Origin: Dictyostelium discoideum
Lineage: Eukaryota
DNA: 64,000 nt
Assembly (NCBI GenBank): GCA_000004695.1
Contig: CM000154.2
Location: forward strand, 480,001 to 544,000
Reading direction: 5' to 3'
How positions within the stretch are numbered: the first letter of the stretch is position 1; each line of letters opens with the position of its first letter. Positions 1 through 14,967 of this stretch are shown one piece after another. The translations under genes and the position numbers were made by a program. The notes beneath the pieces are model-generated. The model was given only the letters and a program-made list of their open reading frames with translations, did not search any database and had not been told where the DNA came from.

Positions 1-76
1 TTCATCGTATGTATTATTATTTAAATTTAAAATTTAATTTATCATAATAAATAACTAACATATAAATTTTAATTTT

Positions 77-120
<44 letters not shown>

Positions 121-121
121 G

Positions 122-509
122 TATTGTTCTTAATGCATTTATGGCAACATGTGGTATTTTTATATCATTTACATTATTCTCATTATTAACTAATAAGAGA
201 TTATATATTTTCATTGGTAGTAGTTTAGCATCATTATCAATTGGTATCTTTGTATTGGCTCTTACTAGACTATTTGGAGGATACAGCGAACCATTGGATC
301 AACTTTTCATTTTGGCAATTTTAGCAAGCTCTGTTTTGTTCATCATTTTTGATACACAAATAATGGTCCACAGAATAGAAAATTTAGGTGAAAAAGATGT
401 CTTATTCCATGCCTTTATTCTCTTTTATGACTTTGTTGATCTCTTTAGAGTCATTTTAAAGATTTTAGCAAAAAAAGAGAATAAAAACAATAATAAATCA
501 AGAAGATAA
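122..509 (+). CDS. 3'-terminal exon of a TMBIM/Bax-inhibitor-1-like multi-pass membrane protein; the gene is partial and its 5' exons lie upstream of the window
   Basis: The ORF at 141..509 encodes hydrophobic helices with the C-terminal TMBIM-like pattern ...FIIFDTQ(I)MVHR...D.V.HA..LF.DFV.LF..IL. The same frame stays open back to a (T)n-AATAG acceptor at about 120/121 with no plausible ATG, so this is the last exon of a gene that starts before position 1. Confidence 0.45.
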
Positions 510-570
510 AATAAAATAAAATAAAAGTTATTTTTAATTTGTATAAATATCATTTAAAAAAATCAAAAAA

Positions 571-609
<39 letters not shown>

Positions 610-1491
610 CTCCCATATTTGGTATTGGTTTTTTTTTTAAAAAAATAAAAAAAATAAAAATGAAAATAAAAAAATATTAAAAAAGAAAATAAAAAAAAAA
701 CAAAACAGTAACTTTAATAAATAAAATTAACTTTGAGGCCAAGGTTAAGTTTTAAAAATTCATTTAATTTCCAAAATTATTAACTTATAAAAAAGTTAAT
801 AAGAAAAAAAAAAAAAAAAAACAATTTTTAATTTTTTTTTTTTTTTTCCACAATAAAATTTTTATAAAAAGGGAACTAACCGTAAAAATTAAGGGCCCAA
901 AAAAGGGACCCCAACAACAACCGGTTTTTTTTTTTTTTTTCCAAATTTTTTTTTTTTTTTTTCCAAATTTTTTTTTTTTTTTTTTTTTTCAAAAAATTTT
1001 TTTTAAATTTAAATTAAAAATTTAAATAAAAAAATTTTTTTAAGGGAATTAAAATTTCAAAATAAGGGAAAAACCCTTTTTTTCATTTTTAAAGTAAATA
1101 ATTAATTTTTTTTAAAAAATTTTATTTTAATTTAAATTTATCCTAATATCAACTTTTTTTTTTTTTTTTTTTTTTTTGGGGTTAAAGAAAATAGCAATAA
1201 TTATAATAAAATATCAATATCAATAATATCAAAATTATAATAAAAGCAATCAAAATCAATAATATCTTTTTTTTATTTTTTTATTTTTTTTAATTTTTTA
1301 ATTTATATTATTTTTTTTCCACCCAATCAAACCCCCACCTTTTTTTATTTTTTTAATAATTTTTTTTAAATTTCATTATTTTTTTTTATTTTTTATTTTT
1401 TTTTGTGGAAATTTAGAAATTGAATTTAGTTGTATATCATTTCGATAACATACCAAATAATAATAATAATAATAATAATAATATAATAGTA

Positions 1492-1525
<34 letters not shown>

Positions 1526-1765
1526 TAAATAAATAAATAAAGTAAACATTCTTTCCATACAAATTTTTCTATTTTTATATTATCATATTATTATTTATTT
1601 ATTATTTTATTTTTACCATTTGTATATGTATGTAATTCAACCACCAATTTTTTTTTTTTTTGGTTTATTTTAATTTTTTTTATTTTTTTCTTTTTTATTT
1701 TTTTTTTTTTTAATTTAAATTTTCTATTTCAAATTGCAACCAATTATAGAGAATTTCAAAATTTT

Positions 1766-1800
<35 letters not shown>

Positions 1801-1896
1801 AATAAAAAAAATTTTGTATACACAATATTAACACTAACATAAATTTTATTATTAGTTTTATAAATTTGAAATAATATTGAAAAAAAAAAAAAATAA

Positions 1897-1938
<42 letters not shown>

Positions 1939-2034
1939 ATACGTTGTAAATCAAATTCTTTAATAATACTAGTAATAATAAATAAAAATAATAATAAATA
2001 AAAATAATAATAAATAAAAATAAGAATAATAGTT

Positions 2035-2065
<31 letters not shown>

Positions 2066-2073
2066 GATATAAA

Positions 2074-2657
2074 ATGAAAGCATTAATTTTAGTTGGTGGA
2101 TTTGGTACACGTTTAAGACCATTAACATTAAGTAAACCAAAACCAATTGTAGAGTTTGCTAATAAAGCGATGATTTTACATCAAATTGAAGCACTTTGCA
2201 AGATTGGTGTAAATGAAGTTGTATTGGCAGTAAATTATAGACCACAATTAATGTCACAATATTTAGAACCATATGAAAAGAAATTAGGAATCAAAATATC
2301 ATATTCACATGAAACCGTACCATTAGGTACTGCAGGACCATTGGCATTGGCAAGAGATTTATTAAATGACGGCGAACCATTCTTTGTATTAAACTCTGAT
2401 ATCATTTGTGATTTCCCATTTGCAGATCTCTTGGCTTTCCATAAATCTCATGGTGGTGAAGGTACAATCATGGTAACCAAAGTTGAAGAACCTTCAAAAT
2501 ATGGTGTCGTTGTTTATAAAGAAGAAAATGGTCAAATCTTAAAATTCGTTGAAAAACCTCAAGTCTACGTTGGTAATAAAATTAATGCTGGTGTTTATAT
2601 TTTTAATCCAACAATTTTAGATAGAATTCAAGTAAGTTTTTATTATTTATTTATTTG

Positions 2658-2704
<47 letters not shown>

Positions 2705-3315
2705 GTTTAAATAATTAATTTTTTATTTTTTTTTTTTATTTTTTATTTTATTTTATTTTTTTTTTTTTAATAATTATTTTTATAAATTAAAAGCCAAAAC
2801 CAACATCAATTGAAAAAGAGATTTTCCCAGCAATGGCAGCAGATAGTCAATTATATTGTATGCAATTGGAAGGATTTTGGATGGATGTTGGTCAACCAAA
2901 AGACTTTTTATCAGGTATGGGATTATATTTAAATTCATTAAAGTCAAAACAACCAGAACTCTTAGCTACTGGCAATGGTATTATTGGACCAGTTTTAATT
3001 GATCCATCATCTGTCATTGAACCAGGTTGTTTAATTGGCCCAAACGTAACAATTGGTCCAAATTGTGTTATTCAAGAAGGTACTCGTTTAGTTAATACAA
3101 CAGTTTTAGAGGGTACTACAATTGGTAAAAACTCTTGGATCAAATCTACTATCATTGGTTGGAACTCTTCAATTGGTAAATGGGTTAGAATGGAAAATAC
3201 CTCTGTTCTCGGTGAAGATGTTCATGTTTCTGATGAACTTTACATTAATGGTGGTAAAATTTTACCACATAAATCAATTACTTCTTCAATACCTGAACCT
3301 GAAATTATTATGTAA
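2074..3315 (+). CDS. gmppB: Mannose-1-phosphate guanylyltransferase beta (GDP-mannose pyrophosphorylase B); 2 exons at 2074..2631 and 2794..3315
   Basis: The translation [18 protein letters not shown]...[10 protein letters not shown]...[28 protein letters not shown] | [39 protein letters not shown]...[13 protein letters not shown] is colinear with human GMPPB end to end. The intron runs 2632..2793, with donor GTAAGT, an AT-rich body and an AAAAG acceptor, and both splice sites are phase 0. The stop is the TAA at 3313-3315. Confidence 0.9.
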
Positions 3316-3354
3316 ATCAATCAATCAATAAATCAATAAATCAATCAATCAATC

Positions 3355-3385
<31 letters not shown>

Positions 3386-3415
3386 TATAAAAATATAAAA
3401 AATATAAAAAAAGAT

Positions 3416-3460
<45 letters not shown>

Positions 3461-3724
3461 AGATCATTTTGTTTTTTTTTTTTTTATAAATCTCCAATTC
3501 CCATTTCTTCTTTTTTCCAAAAATAGATTCAGTAGTAAAAATATAGTATAATAATAATAATTTAAAATAATGTTTTTTTTTTTAATAAAATTTTAGTATC
3601 CATTTTTTTTTTTTGTAAAAATCATTACATCACCTATTTTATTTTATTTTTTTTTTCATTTTTTTTTTTTCTCTGAATTTCAAAAAATAATATTTGGGTG
3701 TCAATTAAAAAAAAAAATCATAGT

Positions 3725-3757
<33 letters not shown>

Positions 3758-3886
3758 CATAATTTCATTTATTTTTTTTTTTTTTATTTTTTTATTCAAT
3801 TTCTTTATTTTATTTTATTTTATTTTTTTTTATTAATATCCATTTTATTTATTTTTTAAATATAATAATAATAATAATAATAATTG

Positions 3887-6632
3887 ATGATGGCATCACC
3901 ATCATCTAGGTTATTAAAATTTATTACAAATGGAAGTAAATTACATTCAGCAAAAAATAATAATATGATTAAAAATAAGAATATAATATCACCAACAATA
4001 ACAAAATTATTTTCAACATCAAAAATTTCAAATGAAATTGGTAATATTAGAAATTTTAATAATAAAATATCAACAAATTTAATCAATTCAAATATAAATA
4101 CAAAACCATTTTTTGAAATACCAAAATTATTTGAAAAGAAATATTATTCATATATACCACCAACATGGGAAGAAAAAGATAAGGAAAAACAATTCAATTC
4201 CATAACATCCACTAGGGAAGAGGGAGGAGATAACGAAGAATCCAATAGAATGGGTAATGGTAGTATAAAGGATGCAATCGTTTGGGTCAACCATTTATAT
4301 CCAATCAAAGTGAGTAGATTAGATTTCAGATCATTATTCTTTCATATACCGATTACAAAGAAATTGAATTCACTATTTCCAAATGATGTAAAGATAATAT
4401 CAATTGAAAAGCGTATTAAAGAGGGTGGTGCTTATATACATTTTCAATATGATTCATCGAATCCAGAATATAAATCAATCGAAATGGTAATGTCAAAACT
4501 TAAATCAATATTTGCTCAAGAGAAAAAACATTTTCATTTCGCTTCAAGACCAGCAAAATGTAAATTGGTATATGGTAGACCTTTTGTCGAGGATATAGAT
4601 TATCGATTCCCTTCAACAACTTTGAAAATCACTTTCAAAGGTTCAGAAATGTCTCCAGATGATTTATTTCGTTTAATGAGACCCTATGGTCATATCAAAG
4701 ATATTCATTACTCTTCACCAATACCTTCAAAAGATGGTCCAAGACAAGCTACAATAACTTTTAAACGTATGGAAGGTGCAATTGCAACTAGAAATTGTTT
4801 ACATAATAAATATTTCCCTGAATTTAATACATCATTATATATGGATTATGAACAATTAATGGTAATTATATATATATATATATAAATATAAATTAATATA
4901 TTTTTAAAAATATATTTTTATTAATAATTTATTATTTATTATTTATTATTATTATTATTATTATTAGCGTATTAATAAATTAAAAGAACAATTTTCAAAA
5001 CATCCAAAAATTATGATACCACTATTAGGTATTTTAGCAACATTATTAACATTATTATTATTTAATCCATTAAGAGAATATTTTATAAATAAGAAATTAT
5101 CATCACCATGTTATTTTGGTGAACAAGAGGAAGATGATTGGCAAGAAAGATCAGAACAAAAGGTATTACAAACTCATTTTAATTTTCCACCAAATTCAAT
5201 CGTGATGATATCAGCACCTAAAGGATCTGGTAAATCTTCATTGATCGATAAAGTTCTAGAGAATAGAATCAATACATTATTGATCGATTGTAATCAAGAG
5301 GTTAATAACAACGATGAAGAGTTTATTGAATCATTTAGTAAAGATATTGGATTTTCACCATCCTATAGTTTATATTCATCATTTGGTAGTGTTATCGATG
5401 CAATTATACCAACTGGTAAAGGTGCATTTCATTCCACAACAAACTATCAAATGCAAACCATTTTAAAACTATTGGATGAAGTGTTGGCAAAGAAAGCAAA
5501 ACAATTCCCAGTGGACCCTCATCAACCTTATGAATATCCATTGATTGTAATAGATGGTTTCTTTGGTATGATTCAAGCTATGGAATCAAAGGAAAAAGCA
5601 AATATCATCATGGATTCAGTCATTCAATGGGCCATCACTAGCACTCAAAGGGGTCATGCTCATGTGGTATTCTTATCTTCAGATTCATTCGCTGGTGATA
5701 TCATAAAGAAATATTTGGATAATAGAGGTGGTGGTCAAATTTCAACCATTCAATTGGGTGATGTTCAACCATCAATGGCAATCAATTACATAAAGAAAAG
5801 AATTGGACCAAATACACCAATCACTCAACACGATATGGAATTGGTAGTCGATAATTTAGGTGGCCGTTATTATGATCTAAATGTATTGTCTCAACGTATG
5901 ATTGCCGGTGATAGTGTTGAACGTGCCCTCTCCAATATGATCTCAAAGGCAGTCAGTGAAATTCGTGCCGAAGGTTTTGGTTTATCAAAACGTAATGATG
6001 ATTCAAAAATAGGTGGTACTAAATTAAAATGGAGTCGTCCACAACTTTGGGAAACTATTAAAAAAATAGCTGAAAATGATTTCGTTAGTTATGATGATCT
6101 TTTATTCAACGTTTTCTTGGGTGATGAATCCTCTTTAAATAATTTAATCAGTAGTAATCTATTACGTTTTCAAAATGTTGATAATGAAAGAAAAGTAACC
6201 GCTTATTCTCCCCTATATTGTTCAGCTTTCAAACAAATGGTAAACGATTTGGAATTCAATGTTGGTATGGATGTTTTAGTACAAAAAGCAAGAATCGAAG
6301 AAGAGTTATCAAAATTATCAAAAGTTGAAGATGAATTATTAAAAATTAAAAATTTAACTTCAAAAAGTTGGTTCGAACCTTTATCAATTAAAAAACGTCG
6401 TATCCTCTTGGAAGATAAATTAAAAGATCATGTAGCTAAAATTGAACATCGTGAAAATATCCTAAAAAAACATTCATTATTTCAAAAATTCTTACGTGAA
6501 GAACAAATGATTCAAATGGAATTAATTAAAAAACAAAGGGAACAATCAAAATTTGAAAGACAACAACAACAATTATTACAACAACAACAATTACAACAAC
6601 AACAACAACAACAACAACAAGGGTCAATTTAA
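3887..6632 (+). CDS. YME2/RNA12-like mitochondrial inner-membrane protein (N-terminal presequence, RRM-like domain, one TM helix, P-loop NTPase domain); 2 exons at 3887..4861 and 4968..6632
   Basis: Track ORF 3884 begins at a TTG, and the first ATG is at 3887. Exon 1 ends ...MDYEQLM|GTAATT in phase 0. The intron is 4862..4967 and its ATTAG acceptor at 4966/67 restores the frame into RINKLKEQFSKHPKIMIPLLGILATLLTLLLF (TM helix). Downstream lie a Walker A motif (ISAPKGSGKSSLI) and a Walker B-like motif (PLIVIDGF), and there is a C-terminal poly-Q. RRM, TM and P-loop ATPase in this order is the architecture of yeast Yme2p. Confidence 0.6.
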
Positions 6633-6670
6633 ATTAAATAAATTTTTTATTTTATTTTTTTTATTTTACT

Positions 6671-7014
6671 TTATTGGTTTAAAATTGTTATTGATATTTG
6701 TGTTTGAACATTTAATTGTTTTAATAATTCAATATGAGTATTTAAATAATTTGGATTTATTCTTTTGCATGTTTTTGAATAGATTTGAATTATTGTTGAT
6801 ATTCTATCAACAAATTTCTTATTATCAAAATTAAAGTTATTTATCATTGTAATTATATTTATAAAGAATTCAGGATTTAAAGTATTTGAAATGTTTTTAA
6901 TGATTAAATTTGAGAAATCATCATTTTTGCATTCAGAAATTTGATAAATTGCATCAATTAATACTGAATTTAATTTCATAATATATGGTTCAACCAATTC
7001 ATTCTTTTCACCAC

Positions 7015-7090
<76 letters not shown>

Positions 7091-8155
7091 ATTAATATAG
7101 TTTGAAAATATACTAATTGTAATTATTTCTTTTAATAAATTAATATGGTTTAATGATTTTGACTGTTTTTCATTGAATTTAAATAATAGTTGTGGTGTTT
7201 GACGTAACCAATAGTTTGATAAAAGTGATAATGTTCTTGGGATTACTGTGAATTCTATATAGTTATTATCTCTTTTATTACTATCGTTGATATAGGAATT
7301 GGTTTTATTAAATGGACTTAAATAATGTGATATTATTATTGAGGTTAATAATGATGAAAAATCAAATGAGTTTGATGGTAAATTCTCAAAATTATTTGAA
7401 GATTCATTCAAAATTAAATGATCATTTATTAATATATCTAAAAGTTTAATTGATATATAAAAAATATCAACTTTTACTTGTTTTTCATTTTCTTTTTTTA
7501 TTTCCATTTCTATTTCTATTTCTCTTTCTGTTACTATTTCTATTTCTGTTTCTATTTTTGATTCTGATTCTGATTCTGATTCTGATTTTGATTCTATTTC
7601 TGATTCTGTTTCTGTTTTTATATTATTATTATTATTATTATTTATATTATTTATATTATTTATTATTTGATTTAGTAATTCTGTTATTGCTGTTGTTGGT
7701 TGATTGGCAAATTCTATTATCCAATCATAAGTTAATTGTAATATATTATACAGTCCTAAACTAATTGAGAGTGATAATATTGAACCTAGAAATTCAATGA
7801 TATTCTTTAAATTTTTTTTTTTTTATAAAAAATTAGTTTGTTTTTCTTAATTAAACATGATTAAGTTTTTTTTTTTTTTATTATATATTACTTACATTTA
7901 CAATAGTTGATGATATGTTTTCAATTTTTATTAAAGAAAGTAGTGAATTAAATAATTGATTTTTGTTCCCATTTTTATTGAAATACTTTGAAAAGAATAA
8001 AATTGATGATAATCTATCTGATGGACCAAGATGATCATTGATTGATACTATATAAATAATTTCTATAAAATCTATTGAATTTTATTAGTAATTAATACAT
8101 TATCAATATTAATAATAATAATCCAAATAATAATAATCCAAATAATAATAATCCA

Positions 8156-8254
<99 letters not shown>

Positions 8255-8632
8255 TAATTATATACAATACATTCAAATGGTGTTTCATCTTTATAATTTT
8301 CATATAGAATATTATATATTGATATAATGAAATAAAAATGATTATTGTAATTGTTATTAGTTGTTATGTATGATTTTAGAATATTAAAAAAATTATCATT
8401 ATTTTCTTTTTTTTTATTATAAAATTTGAGTATATTATCTTTTAAATTTTTTTTTTGTTTTTGAAAATCTTTGAAAATTGAATTTAAATCATCAAAGTCA
8501 CAATTATTATTTTCATCTACACTTGGTGATAATGTTGAAAATGATAATAATGATGATAATGGCTTTGGTTGAATATCCAACATCATCATCTCTTCACTAG
8601 AAAGAATTTCACCACTTTCTTGTTCTTCATTT

Positions 8633-8637
<5 letters not shown>
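6671..8637 (-). CDS. Hypothetical low-complexity protein (poly-Asn, ESES/EIE repeats) with at least 3 exons; boundaries approximate (exon A about 8637..8262, exon B about 8043..7896, exon C about 7804..6671)
   Basis: Minus-strand ORFs at 8254..8637 (MENEEQ...) and 6671..7507 are joined by an open in-frame segment whose donor is GTAAGT (plus-strand ACTTAC at 7890-7895) and whose acceptor is TTTAAAG at 7805/7806. The intervening (AAT)n tract at 8111..8252 is intronic. Unspliced reading hits stops, so splicing is required. No recognisable domain was found. Confidence 0.45.
8111..8252. repeat. (AAT)n microsatellite with interspersed CCAAAT, located in an intron of the 6671..8637 gene
   Basis: The tract is visible directly in the sequence, and the track ORF 8109..8303 (poly-Tyr) is an artefact of it. 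Confidence 0.9.
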
Positions 8638-8664
<27 letters not shown>

Positions 8665-8755
8665 CTTTTTCTTTTTCTTTTTTTTTTTTTTAATTGGAAC
8701 CGGTTTTTATTTTTTTTATTTTCAAAAGTTGTAAATTATTTTTTTTTGAAATTAA

Positions 8756-8787
<32 letters not shown>

Positions 8788-8859
8788 TTTATTTTTTTTT
8801 AATATTGAAAAAATATTTGGGGTTGAAATTTTCAAATTTTTTAATATGGATTTTATTTT

Positions 8860-8896
<37 letters not shown>

Positions 8897-8902
8897 CCAA
8901 AA

Positions 8903-9027
8903 CAATGATTTAATTTTATTTATTTTTAATATGGATTTAGTATATAAAAATAGAACACTCAAAAATACACAAAATGACATAAAATATAAAAAAAAAAAAA
9001 TCTGAGTCACGATAACATTCATTTTTT
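8903..9027 (+). mobile_element. Copy a of dispersed AT-rich repeat family 1 (MITE-like, about 150-250 bp)
   Basis: AATGATTTAATTTTATTTATTTTTAATATGGATTTAGTATATAAAAATAGAACACTCAAAAATACACAAAATGACATAAAATAT(A)n...GATAACATTCATT. Over about 95 bp it is more than 90% identical to copy b at 52307-52425, and it is homologous to copies c and d in reverse orientation. Confidence 0.55.
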
Positions 9028-9289
9028 TATATATTTTCATTCTTTTTTTTTTTTTTTACATTATCAACAAAACAAATAAATTTACATATAACATATACTA
9101 TATTTTAATATTAATGCATTAATTATAGAAATAATTTTATATTTTAATAATAGGATTTATATTTATTTATATAAATCCTCTTTCATTGACTAACGTGCCA
9201 AAGAGTATATATTTAGTTCTTTTTTTTTTTTTTTTTTTTTTTATTTACCCGTCAAAAGATACAAACTTTTTTTTGGGTGAAACTGGTAT

Positions 9290-9712
9290 ACATATTGGCC
9301 ATTCATCATTGTCGGAAGAAGAACTCTGCTTTTCTTATTTATTTCGTTCAACTTCAAAATCTTATGTAGGTGATTCAGTTTTAGATTTCTTTGTATCTGA
9401 TTTCCTTTATACCGCTTTTCCAGATCATCGTTCTCTTTTAGTTAGAATTTCCAATCTATCATCAATTAGTAGAAAACTTAATTTACCTCCAACTCTATCA
9501 AAAGGAATTCATGATACATTACCACTAATAAAACTGGGTGATTATTTGGAATCTTTTATTGGGTGTTGATGCCACTCAAACATTTGAAAATACAAAATCT
9601 TTGGTTCATAAGTATTTAGATTTAAGAACTGATAATCCAATATTGGGATTCCTTTGTTTAGCCCACTGGTCTATTAATTTAAGATCAGAGGCTAAAGATG
9701 ATTTTTAATTCT
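9290..9712 (+). pseudogene. RNase III-domain (ribonuclease III-like) coding remnant interrupted by a +1 frameshift; either a pseudogene or a sequence error
   Basis: The track ORF translation ...SYVGDSVLDFFVSDFLYTAFPDHRSLLVRISNLSSISRKLNLPPTLSKGIHDTLPLIKLGDYLESFIG matches the RNase III signature (E. coli rnc: [24 protein letters not shown]....ESILADTVEALIGG). The frame stops at GGGTGTTGA near 9552-9566. Removing one G gives FIGVDATQTFENTKSLVHKYLDLRTDNPILGF...* through to 9708, which continues the RNase III fold. There is no convincing ATG start; the track start is a TTG that follows a poly-T. Confidence 0.4.
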
Positions 9713-9911
9713 CGGAAAGCAGCGAACCAGGTAAACAAAAAAAAAATAAATAAATAAATTAAAAACTTTTTTTTTTTTTTTTAATTTTGTAAATGTTTTA
9801 TGTATTTTTATAAAATGTTATTAAATAGATAAAAAAAAAAAAAAAAGGTAAAGTAACAATTGACTTAAAAAAGTGACTTTTTTTTTTTTTTTTTTTTTTT
9901 GAATTTTTAAA

Positions 9912-12994
<3,083 letters not shown>

Positions 12995-13416
12995 TTGTTT
13001 TTGTGGCCTTCTTTTGCTGATAATAAAATATTCATGAATTAGCAGATATTCGTGTTGAATTTGTAAAAGATAAAACCAAAGGAAGAAAAAAAAAAAAAAA
13101 ACCCAAAAAAAAAGAAAAAGGGGGAATATCGCTTTAAAAAATTTTTTGGGTTTTTTTTTTTTTTTTTTCCTGAAAAAAAAAAAAAAAAATTTAAAATTTA
13201 AAAATTAAAGAAATATATTTAGGGGCAATAAACAAAAAATTTTTTTTTTTTTTTTTTTTTTACCTTTTTTTTTTTTTTTTTTATTTCTAAAAAAAAAAAA
13301 AAAAAAAAAGCTGATTATAAAATTTTTTTATTTTTTATTTATTATTTTATTTGTTATTTTATTATCTTTTTTTTGTTATTTTTATTATCTTTTCTAAAAT
13401 AACCACACTTGTATTT

Positions 13417-13454
<38 letters not shown>

Positions 13455-13828
13455 AAAAAAAAAAAAAAAAAAAATTTTTTTTTTTTTTTTTAATTTTTTT
13501 TTCTTTTTTTTCTTTTTTTTTATTTTTCCATATCCCCAATTAAACTAAATGGAATTCCATCCAAAAGATTGATTAAAAAATGGATTAATTTGTGAATTCT
13601 AATAAAAAGAAAAAAAAAAAAAGAAAAAAAAAACCAGAATTGTTTTTTTTTATTTTTTTTATTTTGTTTATAAAAACTAAATATCTATCTTTTTTATTGA
13701 GGTACATTGTAATTTTTTTGATCAATAAAAAAAGGGTAGAGAATATAACAATACTTTCATGATAGAATCTAACAAATTGTTATATAATCTAATTGAATAA
13801 TGTATTAATTTAAGTAGAGTTTTTTATC

Positions 13829-13860
<32 letters not shown>

Positions 13861-14297
13861 TTTTTTTATTTTATTTTTTTTATGATTTCAAAATTTTTTT
13901 TTTTTTTATTTTTTATTTTTTTTTTTTTATTTTTTTTTTAATTTTAAAAAAACGAAAAAATTTGAATCATTTTTTTTTGTCATTACATATTTATTTTATT
14001 TCCAAAAGATTAAATTTTTTTTTTTTTTTTTTAATCTTCAAAGGAGTGTGTTAAATAAGAAATAAAAAAAATAAATAAAAAAAATTAAAAAATAAAAAAA
14101 TAAATAAATAAAATCAAAAATTCCACTTATAAAACCAACTTTATTAGAAACTATAAAAATATAAAATTTTATACAACTTGGAATTGTATTATTATTTAAA
14201 TATTGGTGTAGTTAAAAGAAGAAAAAAAAAAAAAAAAATATAAAAAAAAGTACAAAATAAAAATACAAAATAAAAAACATATATAAATATAAATTAA

Positions 14298-14849
14298 ATG
14301 GAGGCTCCATGTCCAGATAAAATTTGGCAAGATGCAGGTGGTGCATTTGCAATTGGTTATGTATTGATGGGTGTAGTTAATATAGGTTTAGGTTTCAAAC
14401 GTTCACCACCAAATAAAAGAGTTCTTTATACATTTGCATTGCTTAGAAAGAAGTCACCAAAGTTTGGTGGTAATTTTGCAATTTGGGGTTCATTATTCTC
14501 TGGATTCGATTGTACATTATCATACATTAGAAAGACAGAGGATACGGTTAATCCAATTGCAGCAGGTGCATTAACTGGTGGTATCTTGGCAGCAAGATCA
14601 GGTTGGAAACATTCAGTTCAAGCAGCCGCCTTTGGTGGTATTTTCATTGGTATCATCGAAGCTTTCCAACATATGATGCAAAAGAGAATGCAAGCTCAAC
14701 AAGAAGAAATGACTCAACAACATTTAGAAGAAAGAAAAAGATATGAAGAAGAAAGAAAACAAAGAGAAGGTGAAAGAAAAAAATTAAATGAAAATGGAAA
14801 ATCTAAAAAAAATAAACAACAACAAAATGGTGAAAATGATTTAGATTAA
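14298..14849 (+). CDS. timm17: Mitochondrial import inner membrane translocase subunit Tim17 (Tim17/22/23 family), single exon
   Basis: The translation MEAPCPDKIWQDAGGAFAIGYVLMGVVNIGLGFKRSPP....KSPKFGGNFAIWGSLFSGFDC...NPIAAGALTGGILAARSGWK...AAAFGGIFIGIIE aligns with human TIMM17A (EPCPWRIVDDCGGAFTMG...LGGSFAVWGGLFS...ALTGAILAAR). The protein has four GxxxG-rich TM helices and a charged C-terminal tail. Confidence 0.85.
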   Translation: MEAPCPDKIWQDAGGAFAIGYVLMGVVNIGLGFKRSPPNKRVLYTFALLRKKSPKFGGNFAIWGSLFSGFDCTLSYIRKTEDTVNPIAAGALTGGILAARSGWKHSVQAAAFGGIFIGIIEAFQHMMQKRMQAQQEEMTQQHLEERKRYEEERKQREGERKKLNENGKSKKNKQQQNGENDLD

Positions 14850-14967
14850 AACAAATAAAAATAAAAATAAATAAAAAAAATAAAAAAAAAAGAATTAAAT
14901 ATAAACTCCTATTTGTATTATTATTATTATTATTATTATTATTTTTTTATAATTTATTTTTTAAAAT

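Noticed and set aside
840-1100. Odd G/C-containing words in AT-rich DNA (GGGCCCAAAAAAGGGACCCCAACAACAACCGG, GGGAATTAAAATTTCAAAATAAGGGAAAAACCC)
   Set aside because: No ORF, no inverted-repeat structure and no similarity to the two repeat families. This is most likely generic intergenic or promoter sequence, or low-complexity noise, and I could not support a feature call.
1376-2146. Minus-strand ORFs 1376..1558 and 1769..2146 upstream of gmppB
   Set aside because: They are translations of poly-T/(TAA)n/(TTTA)n intergenic DNA (poly-L, poly-Y, poly-F) and antisense to the gmppB 5' region.
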